From Patescibacteria group bacterium (GTDB lineage: Bacteria > Patescibacteriota > Microgenomatia > Levybacterales > UBA12049), in the NCBI GenBank assembly GCA_038062115.1, contig JBBTXS010000004.1:5009-69008 (forward strand): a stretch of 64,000 nt of DNA. The letters run 5' to 3'. This document shows, piece by piece, positions 16,401 through 24,804 of this stretch. The position numbers and the translations under genes are program-made. Under the pieces are notes generated by a model. The model was given only the letters and a program-made list of their open reading frames with translations, had not been told where the DNA came from and did no database searches. Within the stretch, counting starts at the first letter, position 1, and each line of letters opens with the position of its first letter.

Positions 16401-17924
16401 ATGAAAAAAATATTTAATAAATTTATAAAAAAGAAGAATTTTACATTTTTCCTATTGGCTATTGTAATTTTGGGGTCTATTCCGCGATCAATAGAGATAA
16501 TTAGTGGAAATTTTCTTTTTGGGTATGATCAGGGAGTTTTTTTCCAAGCAGTTAAGGAGATTATTGTTAATCATAAGCTTACTCTTATTGGTACGGAAGT
16601 AGGGGGTGGAGGTTTTTTTCAAGGTCCAGGATGGTACTATCTATTGTCAATATCTTTTTATCTATGGAGGGGAGATCCTTATGGAGGAATGATGCTCATG
16701 CTTATAGTAGGGGTTTTGACCATAGCGCTAAGTGTAGTTTTTGGAAGAAAAATATTTGATGGCAAAACTGCGTTAACAATTGGATTTTTTGTAGCCGTAT
16801 CTCCAGCAATTATAGCTCAATCTAGATTTATTTGGCCTCCTTTTGTGATATCTTTACTTTCTGTTTTCTTTGTTTTTTTTCTCTATAAAATTTTGCAAGG
16901 GTCGGGTAAATTTTTTCTTTTACTCACATTTATAGTTGGGCTCATGTTTCACTTTGAGACTGCTACGGGAGCAACTCTTCTTATTCAATTATTAATTATC
17001 TCGCTCTTATTTTTTATAAAGAAAATGGTTTCCTTGAAGTTTTATACTCTTGGCTTGTTGAGTTTTCTTTTTACGCAATTAAGTCTTTTTGTATTCGATA
17101 TCAGGCATGATTTTTTTAATATAAAGGGAATTATTAAAATGTTTACAAATAGCAATAAAGAAGATTCATTATTAAATAGAGTTGATTTGATAAGTAATCA
17201 TATTAGCGTTTTTAGGCAAAATTTCCTTTCTACTTTTCAGATGGCTGATTTGATTTGGCCACTTTTGCTTATAGTTTTATTTATTGGTCTAACATTTTAC
17301 TTTAAGGACAAAAAAAATAAAAAAGAAAAAAAATGGTTGGTTCTATATCTTGCAACTAGCCCTTTAACTTTATTTATTGTGTTTATTTTTTACCCATCAA
17401 CTATGTGGGAATGGTGGATTTTGGAATTAATGATTTTTTACTGTTTTTTATTTGGAGTTATTTTAACTTATTTATTAAAAAATAAATTAATGAGATTTTT
17501 AGTAGTGGCAGTATATATTATTTTCTTTTTATCTTTTGTAAATAAAACCATATTTTTTTATAACAATGACTTTAACGACTTTGGGGGTACGCAAAAAATA
17601 AAGGGAAAGATTGAGGCAATTGATTATATTTATAAAGACGCAAAGGGAAAGCAATTTGGGCTTTTGGTTTTTACTCCACCGGTTTACACTTATGCTTATG
17701 ATTATTTAGTATGGTGGCATGGAAAGAGAAAATATGGTTACATTCCTTTTCAAGAAAAGAAAGACACATTTTATCTACTTATTGAGCAGGATTATGCAAA
17801 GGCATGGAGTTATAAGGGGTGGCTCGAGACGGTTATAAAAACTGGTACAATACTTACGACAAAAGAACTGCCTAGTGGTTTTATTATTCAAAAACGTTTT
17901 AAAGATGAAAAAAGTAAGATATAA
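16401..17924 (+). CDS. Polytopic GT-C-like membrane protein, FGFDQ family (paralog 5)
   Basis: 507 aa. FGYDQGVFFQAVKEIIVNHKLTLIGTE...GPGWYYLL. The C-terminal module is nearly colinear with 13289-14824 (DFGGTQKIKGKIEAIDYIYKDAKGKQFGLLVFTPP...WHGKRKYGYIP...GWLETVIKTG). Confidence 0.65.
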   Translation: MKKIFNKFIKKKNFTFFLLAIVILGSIPRSIEIISGNFLFGYDQGVFFQAVKEIIVNHKLTLIGTEVGGGGFFQGPGWYYLLSISFYLWRGDPYGGMMLMLIVGVLTIALSVVFGRKIFDGKTALTIGFFVAVSPAIIAQSRFIWPPFVISLLSVFFVFFLYKILQGSGKFFLLLTFIVGLMFHFETATGATLLIQLLIISLLFFIKKMVSLKFYTLGLLSFLFTQLSLFVFDIRHDFFNIKGIIKMFTNSNKEDSLLNRVDLISNHISVFRQNFLSTFQMADLIWPLLLIVLFIGLTFYFKDKKNKKEKKWLVLYLATSPLTLFIVFIFYPSTMWEWWILELMIFYCFLFGVILTYLLKNKLMRFLVVAVYIIFFLSFVNKTIFFYNNDFNDFGGTQKIKGKIEAIDYIYKDAKGKQFGLLVFTPPVYTYAYDYLVWWHGKRKYGYIPFQEKKDTFYLLIEQDYAKAWSYKGWLETVIKTGTILTTKELPSGFIIQKRFKDEKSKI

Positions 17925-19578
17925 GAAATATTTATTTTTTATTGGCTTAATAGTTTTATCTTTTATTCCTCTTTTTGACTTACTTCATCCAGGGCTTCCA
18001 ATTACGCATGACGGTCAAGACCACGTGGCTCGTATTGCTAATTTTTACCAAAATCTAAAAGAAGGAAATATTATTCCAAGGTGGGCGCCGAATCTAAATT
18101 GGGGATACGGACATCCAATTTTGATGTTTTTGTATCCTCTGCCTTCGTATTTAGCTTCATTATTCCACTTTTTTGGATTCAGTCTGGTTGATAGCGTAAA
18201 ATTAGTTTTTGGCATATCTTTTATTTTGAGTGCTGTGGCAATGCATCTTTTTACTAAGGAATTACTAAATGATGAAAAAGCAGCATTTTTAGCAAGTTTA
18301 CTTTATGTGATTGCTCCATATAGATTCGTTGATTTATATGTGCGTGGTGCTGTTGGTGAACATGTTGCGTTTATTTTTCCACCCCTTATTTTTTATTTTC
18401 TCTTGAAGTTATCTAAGAAGTTTTCCAAGTGGTATCTTTTGGGAGGATCTTTGTCTTTGGCAGGACTGATTCTGTCACATAACGCAATAAGCTTAATGTT
18501 TTTTCCATTATTTTTTTTATACATTATATATCTTGTTTGGGGAAGCAAAGATAGAAAATACTTAATACTTAATACTTTCTACTTAATACTTTTGGGTTTA
18601 GGCTTATCTGCATTTTTCTTTATACCTGCATTTATGGAAGGAAAGTATACCTTGCGAGATATAGTTACAAGTGGTGGAGAATATAAGGCCAGTTTCGTAA
18701 TATGGAAAGACTTTTTCTACTCAACATGGAGTTATGGAGGTACGCTTGCCTTTAGTAAGCAAATAGGCATGATGCATTGGATTGGTATATTTAGTAGTGT
18801 TATTGCCACATATTATCTATATAAAAATAAAAATAAATTATGGATGGTGAGCTTAGGTGGCTTTCTTATTTTCTGGATAACGCTATTTTTAATGACATCT
18901 GCGTCTGCCACAATTTGGCAATCGATAACCCTACTTCAAAAGTTTCAATTTCCATGGAGATTTCTTTCCCTTACTGTTTTTTTAAGCGCATTGTTGGGCG
19001 CAATAGGATTGCAATTATTTAATGGTAAACATAAGACAGCTTTTCTATTAATACTTACCGTAGCCCTTTTGCTGGTAAATAAAGACTATTGGCATGCAAA
19101 TGGATTCTTGCAAAAACAAGAGAGTTTTTATAGCGGAATCTATAACGGTACTACAGATACCGGTGAGAGCGCGCCCATTTGGTCGGTAAGATTTATGGAA
19201 AAGAGGGCAAAAGCCAATATGGAGGTGATTGCAGGTGACGCAAGAATACGAGGAATAAAAAGAACCTCAACGAGTCATAAATACAAAATAATCGCAACGG
19301 AAAGATCAAGAATTAGGGAGAATACTTTATATTTCCCGGGTTGGGATGTTTTTGTAAACGGGAATAAGGCAGATGTTGAATTTCAGGATTCTCTCAATAG
19401 GGGTCTTATAACATTTTTTGTAGAAAAAGGAGAGAATGACGTTTATATTAAATTTAACGAGACAAAACTGCGGCTAGTTGCAGATATAATTACCGCCGCA
19501 ACATTGGCAGTTGTAGTATCCTATTTAGCATTTGGGCTCAAAAAGAAGTATAATCCCCGGGATGAAAAAGAAAAATAA
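17905..19578 (+). CDS. Polytopic membrane protein, THDG family (PTPS-related-domain / YfhO-like GT-C candidate), paralog 1
   Basis: Start at ATG 17905 (MKKVRYKKYLFF) by analogy with paralog 29290. HPGLPITHDGQDHVARI...PRWAPNLNWGYGHPILMFLYPLPSY. QFPWRFLSL. C-terminal YFPGWDVFVNGNKADVEF...ENDVYIKF is like YfhO tails. Confidence 0.55.
   Translation: MKKVRYKKYLFFIGLIVLSFIPLFDLLHPGLPITHDGQDHVARIANFYQNLKEGNIIPRWAPNLNWGYGHPILMFLYPLPSYLASLFHFFGFSLVDSVKLVFGISFILSAVAMHLFTKELLNDEKAAFLASLLYVIAPYRFVDLYVRGAVGEHVAFIFPPLIFYFLLKLSKKFSKWYLLGGSLSLAGLILSHNAISLMFFPLFFLYIIYLVWGSKDRKYLILNTFYLILLGLGLSAFFFIPAFMEGKYTLRDIVTSGGEYKASFVIWKDFFYSTWSYGGTLAFSKQIGMMHWIGIFSSVIATYYLYKNKNKLWMVSLGGFLIFWITLFLMTSASATIWQSITLLQKFQFPWRFLSLTVFLSALLGAIGLQLFNGKHKTAFLLILTVALLLVNKDYWHANGFLQKQESFYSGIYNGTTDTGESAPIWSVRFMEKRAKANMEVIAGDARIRGIKRTSTSHKYKIIATERSRIRENTLYFPGWDVFVNGNKADVEFQDSLNRGLITFFVEKGENDVYIKFNETKLRLVADIITAATLAVVVSYLAFGLKKKYNPRDEKEK
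18557..18591 (+). repeat. Heptanucleotide repeat block (AATACTT)x3 + TCTACTT + AATACTT inside CDS
   Basis: Read directly; translated KYLILNTFYLIL. 33 of 35 nt identical to 29936-29970 in the paralog. Confidence 0.9.
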
Positions 19579-19604
19579 ATTCCCATCGGCAGAAACTCTT
19601 GTAG

Positions 19605-20030
19605 CAACCAATTTCGGGAAATGTCGCAGAATCTTGCATAGAAATAAAACTAAGAGAGGCAGGATTAAAAAAAGATCTAAATTACAAACGAAGGTATAAG
19701 CGGAGCGATTTTACATTTTTTCATCCCGGTTTTAAAAGTTCTAGTGATATTCATAGGGTAGAAGTTAAGAATGTTGCCCTAAGAGAGAGGGGTGTTAGAG
19801 GATTATCATTTGACGGTGATAGTATGGTAGGGTTTTTTAATGAGGCTAAAGAATTTACTAAAGAGACTGTTAAAATTATAGATAAGTATTGTCGTAAAAC
19901 TGGAGGCTACTGTTATGTTCCGCCTGAAATCTTGAAAGAAATATTATCAAAACACAAAGCGAAAAGATTTAAATCAAACGACGAATTTGTAAGCGATATG
20001 AATCAATTTGTGAAATCAGGAATTATTTAA
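19605..20030 (+). pseudogene. Open frame without a credible start, convergent with the DNA methyltransferase; possible truncated restriction-endonuclease remnant (only the last 68 codons follow an ATG)
   Basis: The frame is open from 19605 (after TAG 19602-19604) to 20030: QPISGNVAESCIEIKLREAGLKK...HRVEVKNVAL...MVGFFNEAKEF... The first ATG is at 19824. An E-x-K-like string (ESCIEIK) sits at the extreme N-terminus with no upstream PD/D element. The 3' end overlaps the MTase 3' end by 15 nt. Confidence 0.3.
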
Positions 20031-20978
20031 GGGTGGTCTCCAAAAATCTAATATGTATTCAAACGTTGTTCCGAGTGTAATATAATTTGAAGGCCAACCA
20101 AAAATCCCGACGCCATTAACTAAATTCCTTCTGTCCCAAATTATAGTATTTCTAAGTTTGTATCCTGCTCTTTCGATCTCCTCGATTACATATATGTGAA
20201 GTGGAACCCTGTTATTTTCCCACCAAAGGTCAGTAATATTAATTACGCAATGGGCTTTGGGCTTGTGGAGCGGTAGCAATTTTTTGTAAATCTCTCCTAT
20301 TGCTTTTGCAAATTTTTTTGGCTCCATAGTCCCGAGATCTCTTGGATTACTTGAGTATTGTTGAACACTATCGTAATGTTCGTTTTTACGTTGATCTCCT
20401 CGTATGCTTTTGTTTTTTCTTTTTCTATTTAGCATGTTGGCATATGGAGGAGAAGTAACAGAGAGTGAAACAGTGTTTTTGTTGAGATAGTTAGAAATAT
20501 TGATGGCATCGTCACATATTGTTATTTGTTTGGTATCATCATAGATATCCAATTGTGATAGTCTTGTATTTGCATAATCAAGATATTTTTGACTTAGGTC
20601 AAAACCCACAGCGTTTCTTTGCAAGTCTTTTGCAGCGACCAAAGTTGTTCCAATGCCTACAAATGGATCCAGAACAAGCTCTCCCTTGTGAGTGAATATT
20701 TCTATACACTTGGTCGGAAGGTCTATAGGAAATACTGCTGGATGGATTTTTTTGTCTCGAACATCTCTTTTCTTGTACGCAAATTCCCATATAGCGACCT
20801 GATTTTTCATCCATTGTTTAGCGTCTAAACAGTTTATATGATTTGGTGGACAGGAACATGCTTTTTCGTGTCCTATGGAAAGTTTTAAAGAAGTTTTATC
20901 TTTTTTAGTTTTATATTTTTTAATATCACTTCCAAGTTCCATGTATGTTGGAACAGTTATAAGGTTAGGCATAGACAT
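20016..20978 (-). CDS. DNA methyltransferase, N4-cytosine/N6-adenine (N6_N4_Mtase type) with permuted motif order
   Basis: 320 aa. HPAVFPIDLPTKCIEIF...LVLDPFVGIGTTLVAAKDLQRNAVGFDLSQKYLDYANTRL (AdoMet motif I region) precedes VSLSVTSPPYANM (catalytic motif IV). A typical IIWDRRN-type block lies near the C-terminus. Confidence 0.8.
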   Translation of the reverse strand: MSMPNLITVPTYMELGSDIKKYKTKKDKTSLKLSIGHEKACSCPPNHINCLDAKQWMKNQVAIWEFAYKKRDVRDKKIHPAVFPIDLPTKCIEIFTHKGELVLDPFVGIGTTLVAAKDLQRNAVGFDLSQKYLDYANTRLSQLDIYDDTKQITICDDAINISNYLNKNTVSLSVTSPPYANMLNRKRKNKSIRGDQRKNEHYDSVQQYSSNPRDLGTMEPKKFAKAIGEIYKKLLPLHKPKAHCVINITDLWWENNRVPLHIYVIEEIERAGYKLRNTIIWDRRNLVNGVGIFGWPSNYITLGTTFEYILDFWRPPLNNS

Positions 20979-21243
20979 AGCATATCATATAATAGATAAG
21001 TCAATCAGTGCCCAGTATTAACACTTTGGGGGACGGTTCTGAGAAGGGTTGATAGGACAATCTAAGACGAAAGCTCTTTAATTTTATCCTCGATAAATCT
21101 CCGACTTAATCTTGATTTCGCCTGACAATCACAATCCAAGACATTGTCTCTACAGCTCCTCTTCTTTCGTTCCAACATTCTTCCTTCGGCGAGCTCAGGA
21201 CAAGTAATAACATTGGAATAAAAGATTATTGTATAATTAGCAT

Positions 21244-21355
21244 ATGACTGGGTCATAATTGTCATTTCGAGCTTGCCGAGAAATCTCCTTCAAAGAGATT
21301 CCTCGACTCGCTACACTCGCTCGGAATGACAAATGAGTATTTATGTCCCAGTCAC
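21244..21355 (+). mobile_element. MITE copy A (about 112 bp) with terminal and internal inverted repeats and a 9-bp target-site duplication AATTAGCAT
   Basis: Direct repeats aattagcat at 21235-21243 and 21356-21364. Termini are atgactgggtcataa and the reverse complement of gtgactgggacataa. Internal IR gtcatttcgagc/gctcggaatgac. About 90 percent identical to 37915-38027. The right TSD abuts ATG 21365. Confidence 0.85.
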
Positions 21356-21364
21356 AATTAGCAT

Positions 21365-22129
21365 ATGGCGACGGTTTCGGTGGTTTTAGCAACGTATAAC
21401 GAGGAAGAAAACTTACCATCGTGTTTGGAGTCGGTAAAAGACTTGGCAGATGAGATAGTAATAGTTGATGGATCATCAACGGACATAACTGTTCATGTTG
21501 CCAAAAAATATAAAGCAAAGATTTTAGTAACAGATAATCCGCCAATTTTTCATATTAATAAACAAAAAGCTATAAATATGGCGACAAAAGACTGGATTTT
21601 GCAACTTGATGCGGATGAAAGGGTTACGCCAGAACTTGCTAAAGAAATCAAATCACAAATCACAAATCACAAATCACAAATTCATGGTTATTGGATTCCT
21701 AGAAAAAATTGGTTTTTGGGAAGGTTTTTGATGAAAGGCGGACAGTATCCTGATTATACTCTAAGGCTTTACCGCAAAGGCAAAGGGAGGCTACCTCAAA
21801 AAAGCGTTCATGAGCAGGCTATTGTTGATGGAAAAACAGACTATCTTATACATCCTTTAATTCATATTGCGGATCCTAATTTTGCTAGGTATTTGAAGCG
21901 TTTTGATCGTTATACAGACTTAATAGCAAAAGAATTAAAAAGAAAAAAAATAGGATATAATCCAATGGTAGGAATAAAATATATGTTTGGTTTGCCTGTT
22001 TGGTGGTTTTTGTTCACATATATTCGTCATAAGGGTTTTATGGATTTTTGGCAAGGGTTTGTATTTTCATTTTTTTCGGCAATGAGATTTAGTGTTGGAT
22101 ATATAAAATATATAAAAATGCATGGTTAA
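21365..22129 (+). CDS. Family 2 glycosyltransferase
   Basis: 254 aa. VSVVLATYNEEENLPSCLESV...IVIVDGSSTD...LQLDADERV (DXD-type) are GT2 hallmarks. Confidence 0.75.
   Translation: MATVSVVLATYNEEENLPSCLESVKDLADEIVIVDGSSTDITVHVAKKYKAKILVTDNPPIFHINKQKAINMATKDWILQLDADERVTPELAKEIKSQITNHKSQIHGYWIPRKNWFLGRFLMKGGQYPDYTLRLYRKGKGRLPQKSVHEQAIVDGKTDYLIHPLIHIADPNFARYLKRFDRYTDLIAKELKRKKIGYNPMVGIKYMFGLPVWWFLFTYIRHKGFMDFWQGFVFSFFSAMRFSVGYIKYIKMHG
21645..21681 (+). repeat. Heptanucleotide tandem repeat (AAATCAC)x4 with partial flanking units inside GT2 CDS
   Basis: aaatca aaatcac aaatcac aaatcac aaatcac aaat (perfect units 21650-21677), translated KSQITNHKSQI in a loop after LDADERVTPELAKEI. Confidence 0.9.
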
Positions 22130-23654
22130 TAAAAATTTACATTTACCCAATAGCTATTTCTTTAAGAGGAAATGGTATCTTTGCTTACTGTTTTTTCTCA
22201 TCTTTTTTGCACTATTTCTTAGATTCTACAACTTTCCGTTACGATACGGTCTAGGTGATGAAACAGTTAGGGATGCGGTTGTCGGCATTCAAGGCGCAAG
22301 AGATCTACAACTTCCTCTGGTAGGCGCGTTTTCCTCCGCTGGGCCATTTACTTTTGGTCCCTGGTATTATTATCAATTAATAATATTTTCTCTTGTTTTT
22401 CCATCTCCCTACGCTTCTTGGATTTATCTAAGTTTAGGATCTGTGCTTTGCGTAGTTGTTCTTTATAAAATTGGAGAATTGGTAGAGAACAGAGCTTTTG
22501 GCTTGTTTCTTGCATTTCTTGGAACTTTATCTCCTGTTCTTATTATTGCTGGAACACATCTTACTACTCAAAACTTAACCAACATCTACGCATTATTAGC
22601 TGTATGGATATTTCTTAAGCTATCGCTTCAAAAGTTATCTAATTGGTGGGGTTTTATTTTTGGAATTGTTCTAGGGATCGGGGTCAATCTTCACTATCAA
22701 ATGGCTGGATTGCTCATCTTACCTATTATTCTTTTGGCGTACAAGCCTAAAAGGTTTTTGTATTTTTTTACTTCCCTTGTTGGTATAGGTGTTACATTTT
22801 TGCCCCTCCTGTTTTTTGATTTGAACAATCATTGGTTTACGTTTAGGAATCTCCTCTACTATTTTCAGTACGGAAAAAATGCCATTTATGTTCCAAATCG
22901 ATGGTTATTTTATCTTCGAGATTTCTGGCCATCATATTGGGGAGATGTTATTGGCATTTCGACAATTTTTGCATCTTTAATTATGCTGGTTTTCATTCTT
23001 ATTATTATTAGGCAAATTCAAAAAAAGAAATTGTCTATATATATGATTCTTTTGCTTCTTGCTTTTGCGGTTAATTTTATTCTCTTAAGATATTATTGGG
23101 GACCGCGTTTTTTTGGATATCTAAATTTCTTACGTCCCTTTGTTTTTCTGTTTACAGGATATGTTTTTTTTACAATATATAAAACAATAAATAAAAAATA
23201 TGCGCTTTTACTAATCGCGGCGTTTTTGGCTATCATTATATTGCCCAAAAGCATTAAACATCTTGATATTGATCCATTTTCTACAGAAATGATTAAAAGA
23301 GTTCAGGCTATAGAGGTAAACTATCCAGACAAAAAATTTAAGGTATATGGCTGTAAGGGTGTGTTTGGTGGTTGGCACACAGCGACAACAAAATCACTTG
23401 TTTTCCTGCTGGAGGGCAAAAATAAGTTTAGCGATTCGGGAGTGAAGCTGGGAGTACATGACTCCAGTTGTAAATATTCATCTTTAGAATCTTTAACAAT
23501 TAATGACGAGCAGTATCCCCTAATTTCCAATACGGGAATTATAGATTTTTCTCGCGCGACAGATAGTTGGCTTAAAGAAACTGGGTGGATTCCAATCTCT
23601 TTTCGGTCTATATCCGATGAGATTACGCGTTGGTGGTTCAAGGAGCAACCATAG
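22122..23654 (+). CDS. Polytopic GT-C-like membrane protein, FGFDQ family (divergent paralog 6)
   Basis: 510 aa. LGDETVRDAVVGIQGARDLQLPLVGA...FGPWYYYQL aligns with the FGFDQ.RD...GP.YYYLL loop of the other five. It has a different C-terminal domain. Overlaps the upstream stop by 8 nt. Confidence 0.55.
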   Translation: MVNKNLHLPNSYFFKRKWYLCLLFFLIFFALFLRFYNFPLRYGLGDETVRDAVVGIQGARDLQLPLVGAFSSAGPFTFGPWYYYQLIIFSLVFPSPYASWIYLSLGSVLCVVVLYKIGELVENRAFGLFLAFLGTLSPVLIIAGTHLTTQNLTNIYALLAVWIFLKLSLQKLSNWWGFIFGIVLGIGVNLHYQMAGLLILPIILLAYKPKRFLYFFTSLVGIGVTFLPLLFFDLNNHWFTFRNLLYYFQYGKNAIYVPNRWLFYLRDFWPSYWGDVIGISTIFASLIMLVFILIIIRQIQKKKLSIYMILLLLAFAVNFILLRYYWGPRFFGYLNFLRPFVFLFTGYVFFTIYKTINKKYALLLIAAFLAIIILPKSIKHLDIDPFSTEMIKRVQAIEVNYPDKKFKVYGCKGVFGGWHTATTKSLVFLLEGKNKFSDSGVKLGVHDSSCKYSSLESLTINDEQYPLISNTGIIDFSRATDSWLKETGWIPISFRSISDEITRWWFKEQP

Positions 23655-23660
23655 AATAAT

Positions 23661-24635
23661 ATGAGAATTTTAGTAACCGGTGGCGCTGGATACATTGGAA
23701 GTTTTATGACAAAAAGACTTCTTGATGGTAGGCATAAGGTGACTGTTATTGATAGTTTAGAAAGAGGAGACAGGGATGCAGTTGATAAAAGAGCACAGTT
23801 TAAGCAGGGGGATTTAAAAAACCTAAGTTTTCTTGAAAGCTTTTTCTCTAAAAATTCCTTTGACGCAGTCATGCATTTTGCAGGATATATATCTGTTGAA
23901 GAATCAACCAAGAATCCAAGCTTATATTACAAAAATAATGTAGTTGGTTCTAAAAACCTTTTTTTATCAGCAGTAAAGAAAGGCCACGTTAACAAGTTTA
24001 TCTTTTCATCTAGTGCTGCTGTTTATGGAAATCCTAAAGTTATTCCAATTCCGGAAAGCCACCCCAAAAATCCGACCAGCCCTTATGGAAAAGGTAAACT
24101 TGAAGTTGAAAAAATGCTTGAGTCTTTTCAGAAAGAGAAAGGATTAAACGTTGTAAGCCTTCGCTATTTTAATGCTGCAGGCGCAGCATTTAACGGTTCA
24201 ATGGGGGAAGAACACAATCCCGAAACCCATATTATTCCACTGGCAATAAATGCTGTACTTAAGGGTAAAGAATTTATCCTCTACGGAAACGATTATAAAA
24301 CTCCTGATGGAACTTGCATTCGAGATTATATTCATGTTGTTGATCTTGTGGATGCTCATATTTTGGCTCTTGATAAATTAAAGAAGGACAAGGGTGGATT
24401 TTTCTATAATGTAGGGACTGGAAAAGGATATTCCAATAAGGAAGTTATAGAAATGGTCAAGAAGATAAGTGGAGTTGACTTTAAGGTAAAAATTGAAAAC
24501 AGACGATCAGGCGATCCAGAACGACTAATCGCTGATCCGACGCTTATTCAAAAAGAATTAGGATTTAAACCACAGTATTCAGATATTGCAACTATAGTGG
24601 AAACTGCTTGGGAATGGCATAAAAAAAATTATTAA
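23661..24635 (+). CDS. galE: UDP-glucose 4-epimerase
   Basis: 324 aa. MRILVTGGAGYIGS, SSSAAVYG, YGKGKLEVEKML (YxxxK), LRYFNAAGA and IRDYIHVVDL are colinear with GalE. Confidence 0.8.
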   Translation: MRILVTGGAGYIGSFMTKRLLDGRHKVTVIDSLERGDRDAVDKRAQFKQGDLKNLSFLESFFSKNSFDAVMHFAGYISVEESTKNPSLYYKNNVVGSKNLFLSAVKKGHVNKFIFSSSAAVYGNPKVIPIPESHPKNPTSPYGKGKLEVEKMLESFQKEKGLNVVSLRYFNAAGAAFNGSMGEEHNPETHIIPLAINAVLKGKEFILYGNDYKTPDGTCIRDYIHVVDLVDAHILALDKLKKDKGGFFYNVGTGKGYSNKEVIEMVKKISGVDFKVKIENRRSGDPERLIADPTLIQKELGFKPQYSDIATIVETAWEWHKKNY

Positions 24636-24653
24636 TTCATGTTACGCATCTTT

Positions 24654-24797
24654 TGTCATTTCGAGCTTGACGGGTTACCGTACGGTAACCCGTCTTGTCG
24701 AGAAATCTTTATCACCGTAGTTGCGAGAGATCCCTCGGCTTCGGGAGGCACTGTCTGGTGTATCCCTTCGCTCGGGATGACAGGTTATAAGGCGAGC
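24654..24797 (+). mobile_element. MITE-family variant carrying a nested 24-26-nt perfect palindrome
   Basis: The 5' end tgtcatttcgagcttg matches MITE A/B. Then comes gacgggttaccg-ta-cggtaacccgtc (24669-24694) bracketed by cttg...cttg, then tcgagaaatc as in A/B. The 3' end gctcgggatgacaggttataaggcgagc resembles the 3' end of the CDS-embedded copy at 30306-30327. Confidence 0.7.
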
Positions 24798-24804
24798 TAT
24801 TTCA

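Noticed and set aside
21062-21545. Minus-strand ORFs 21062-21265 and 21237-21545 (67 and 102 aa), and 37961-38146 (61 aa).
   Set aside because: They read straight through MITE copies A and B (peptides such as ...SFRASVASRGISLKEISRQARNDN...) and into the antisense of neighbouring genes. The same peptide appearing wherever the repeat occurs marks a repeat translation, not a gene.
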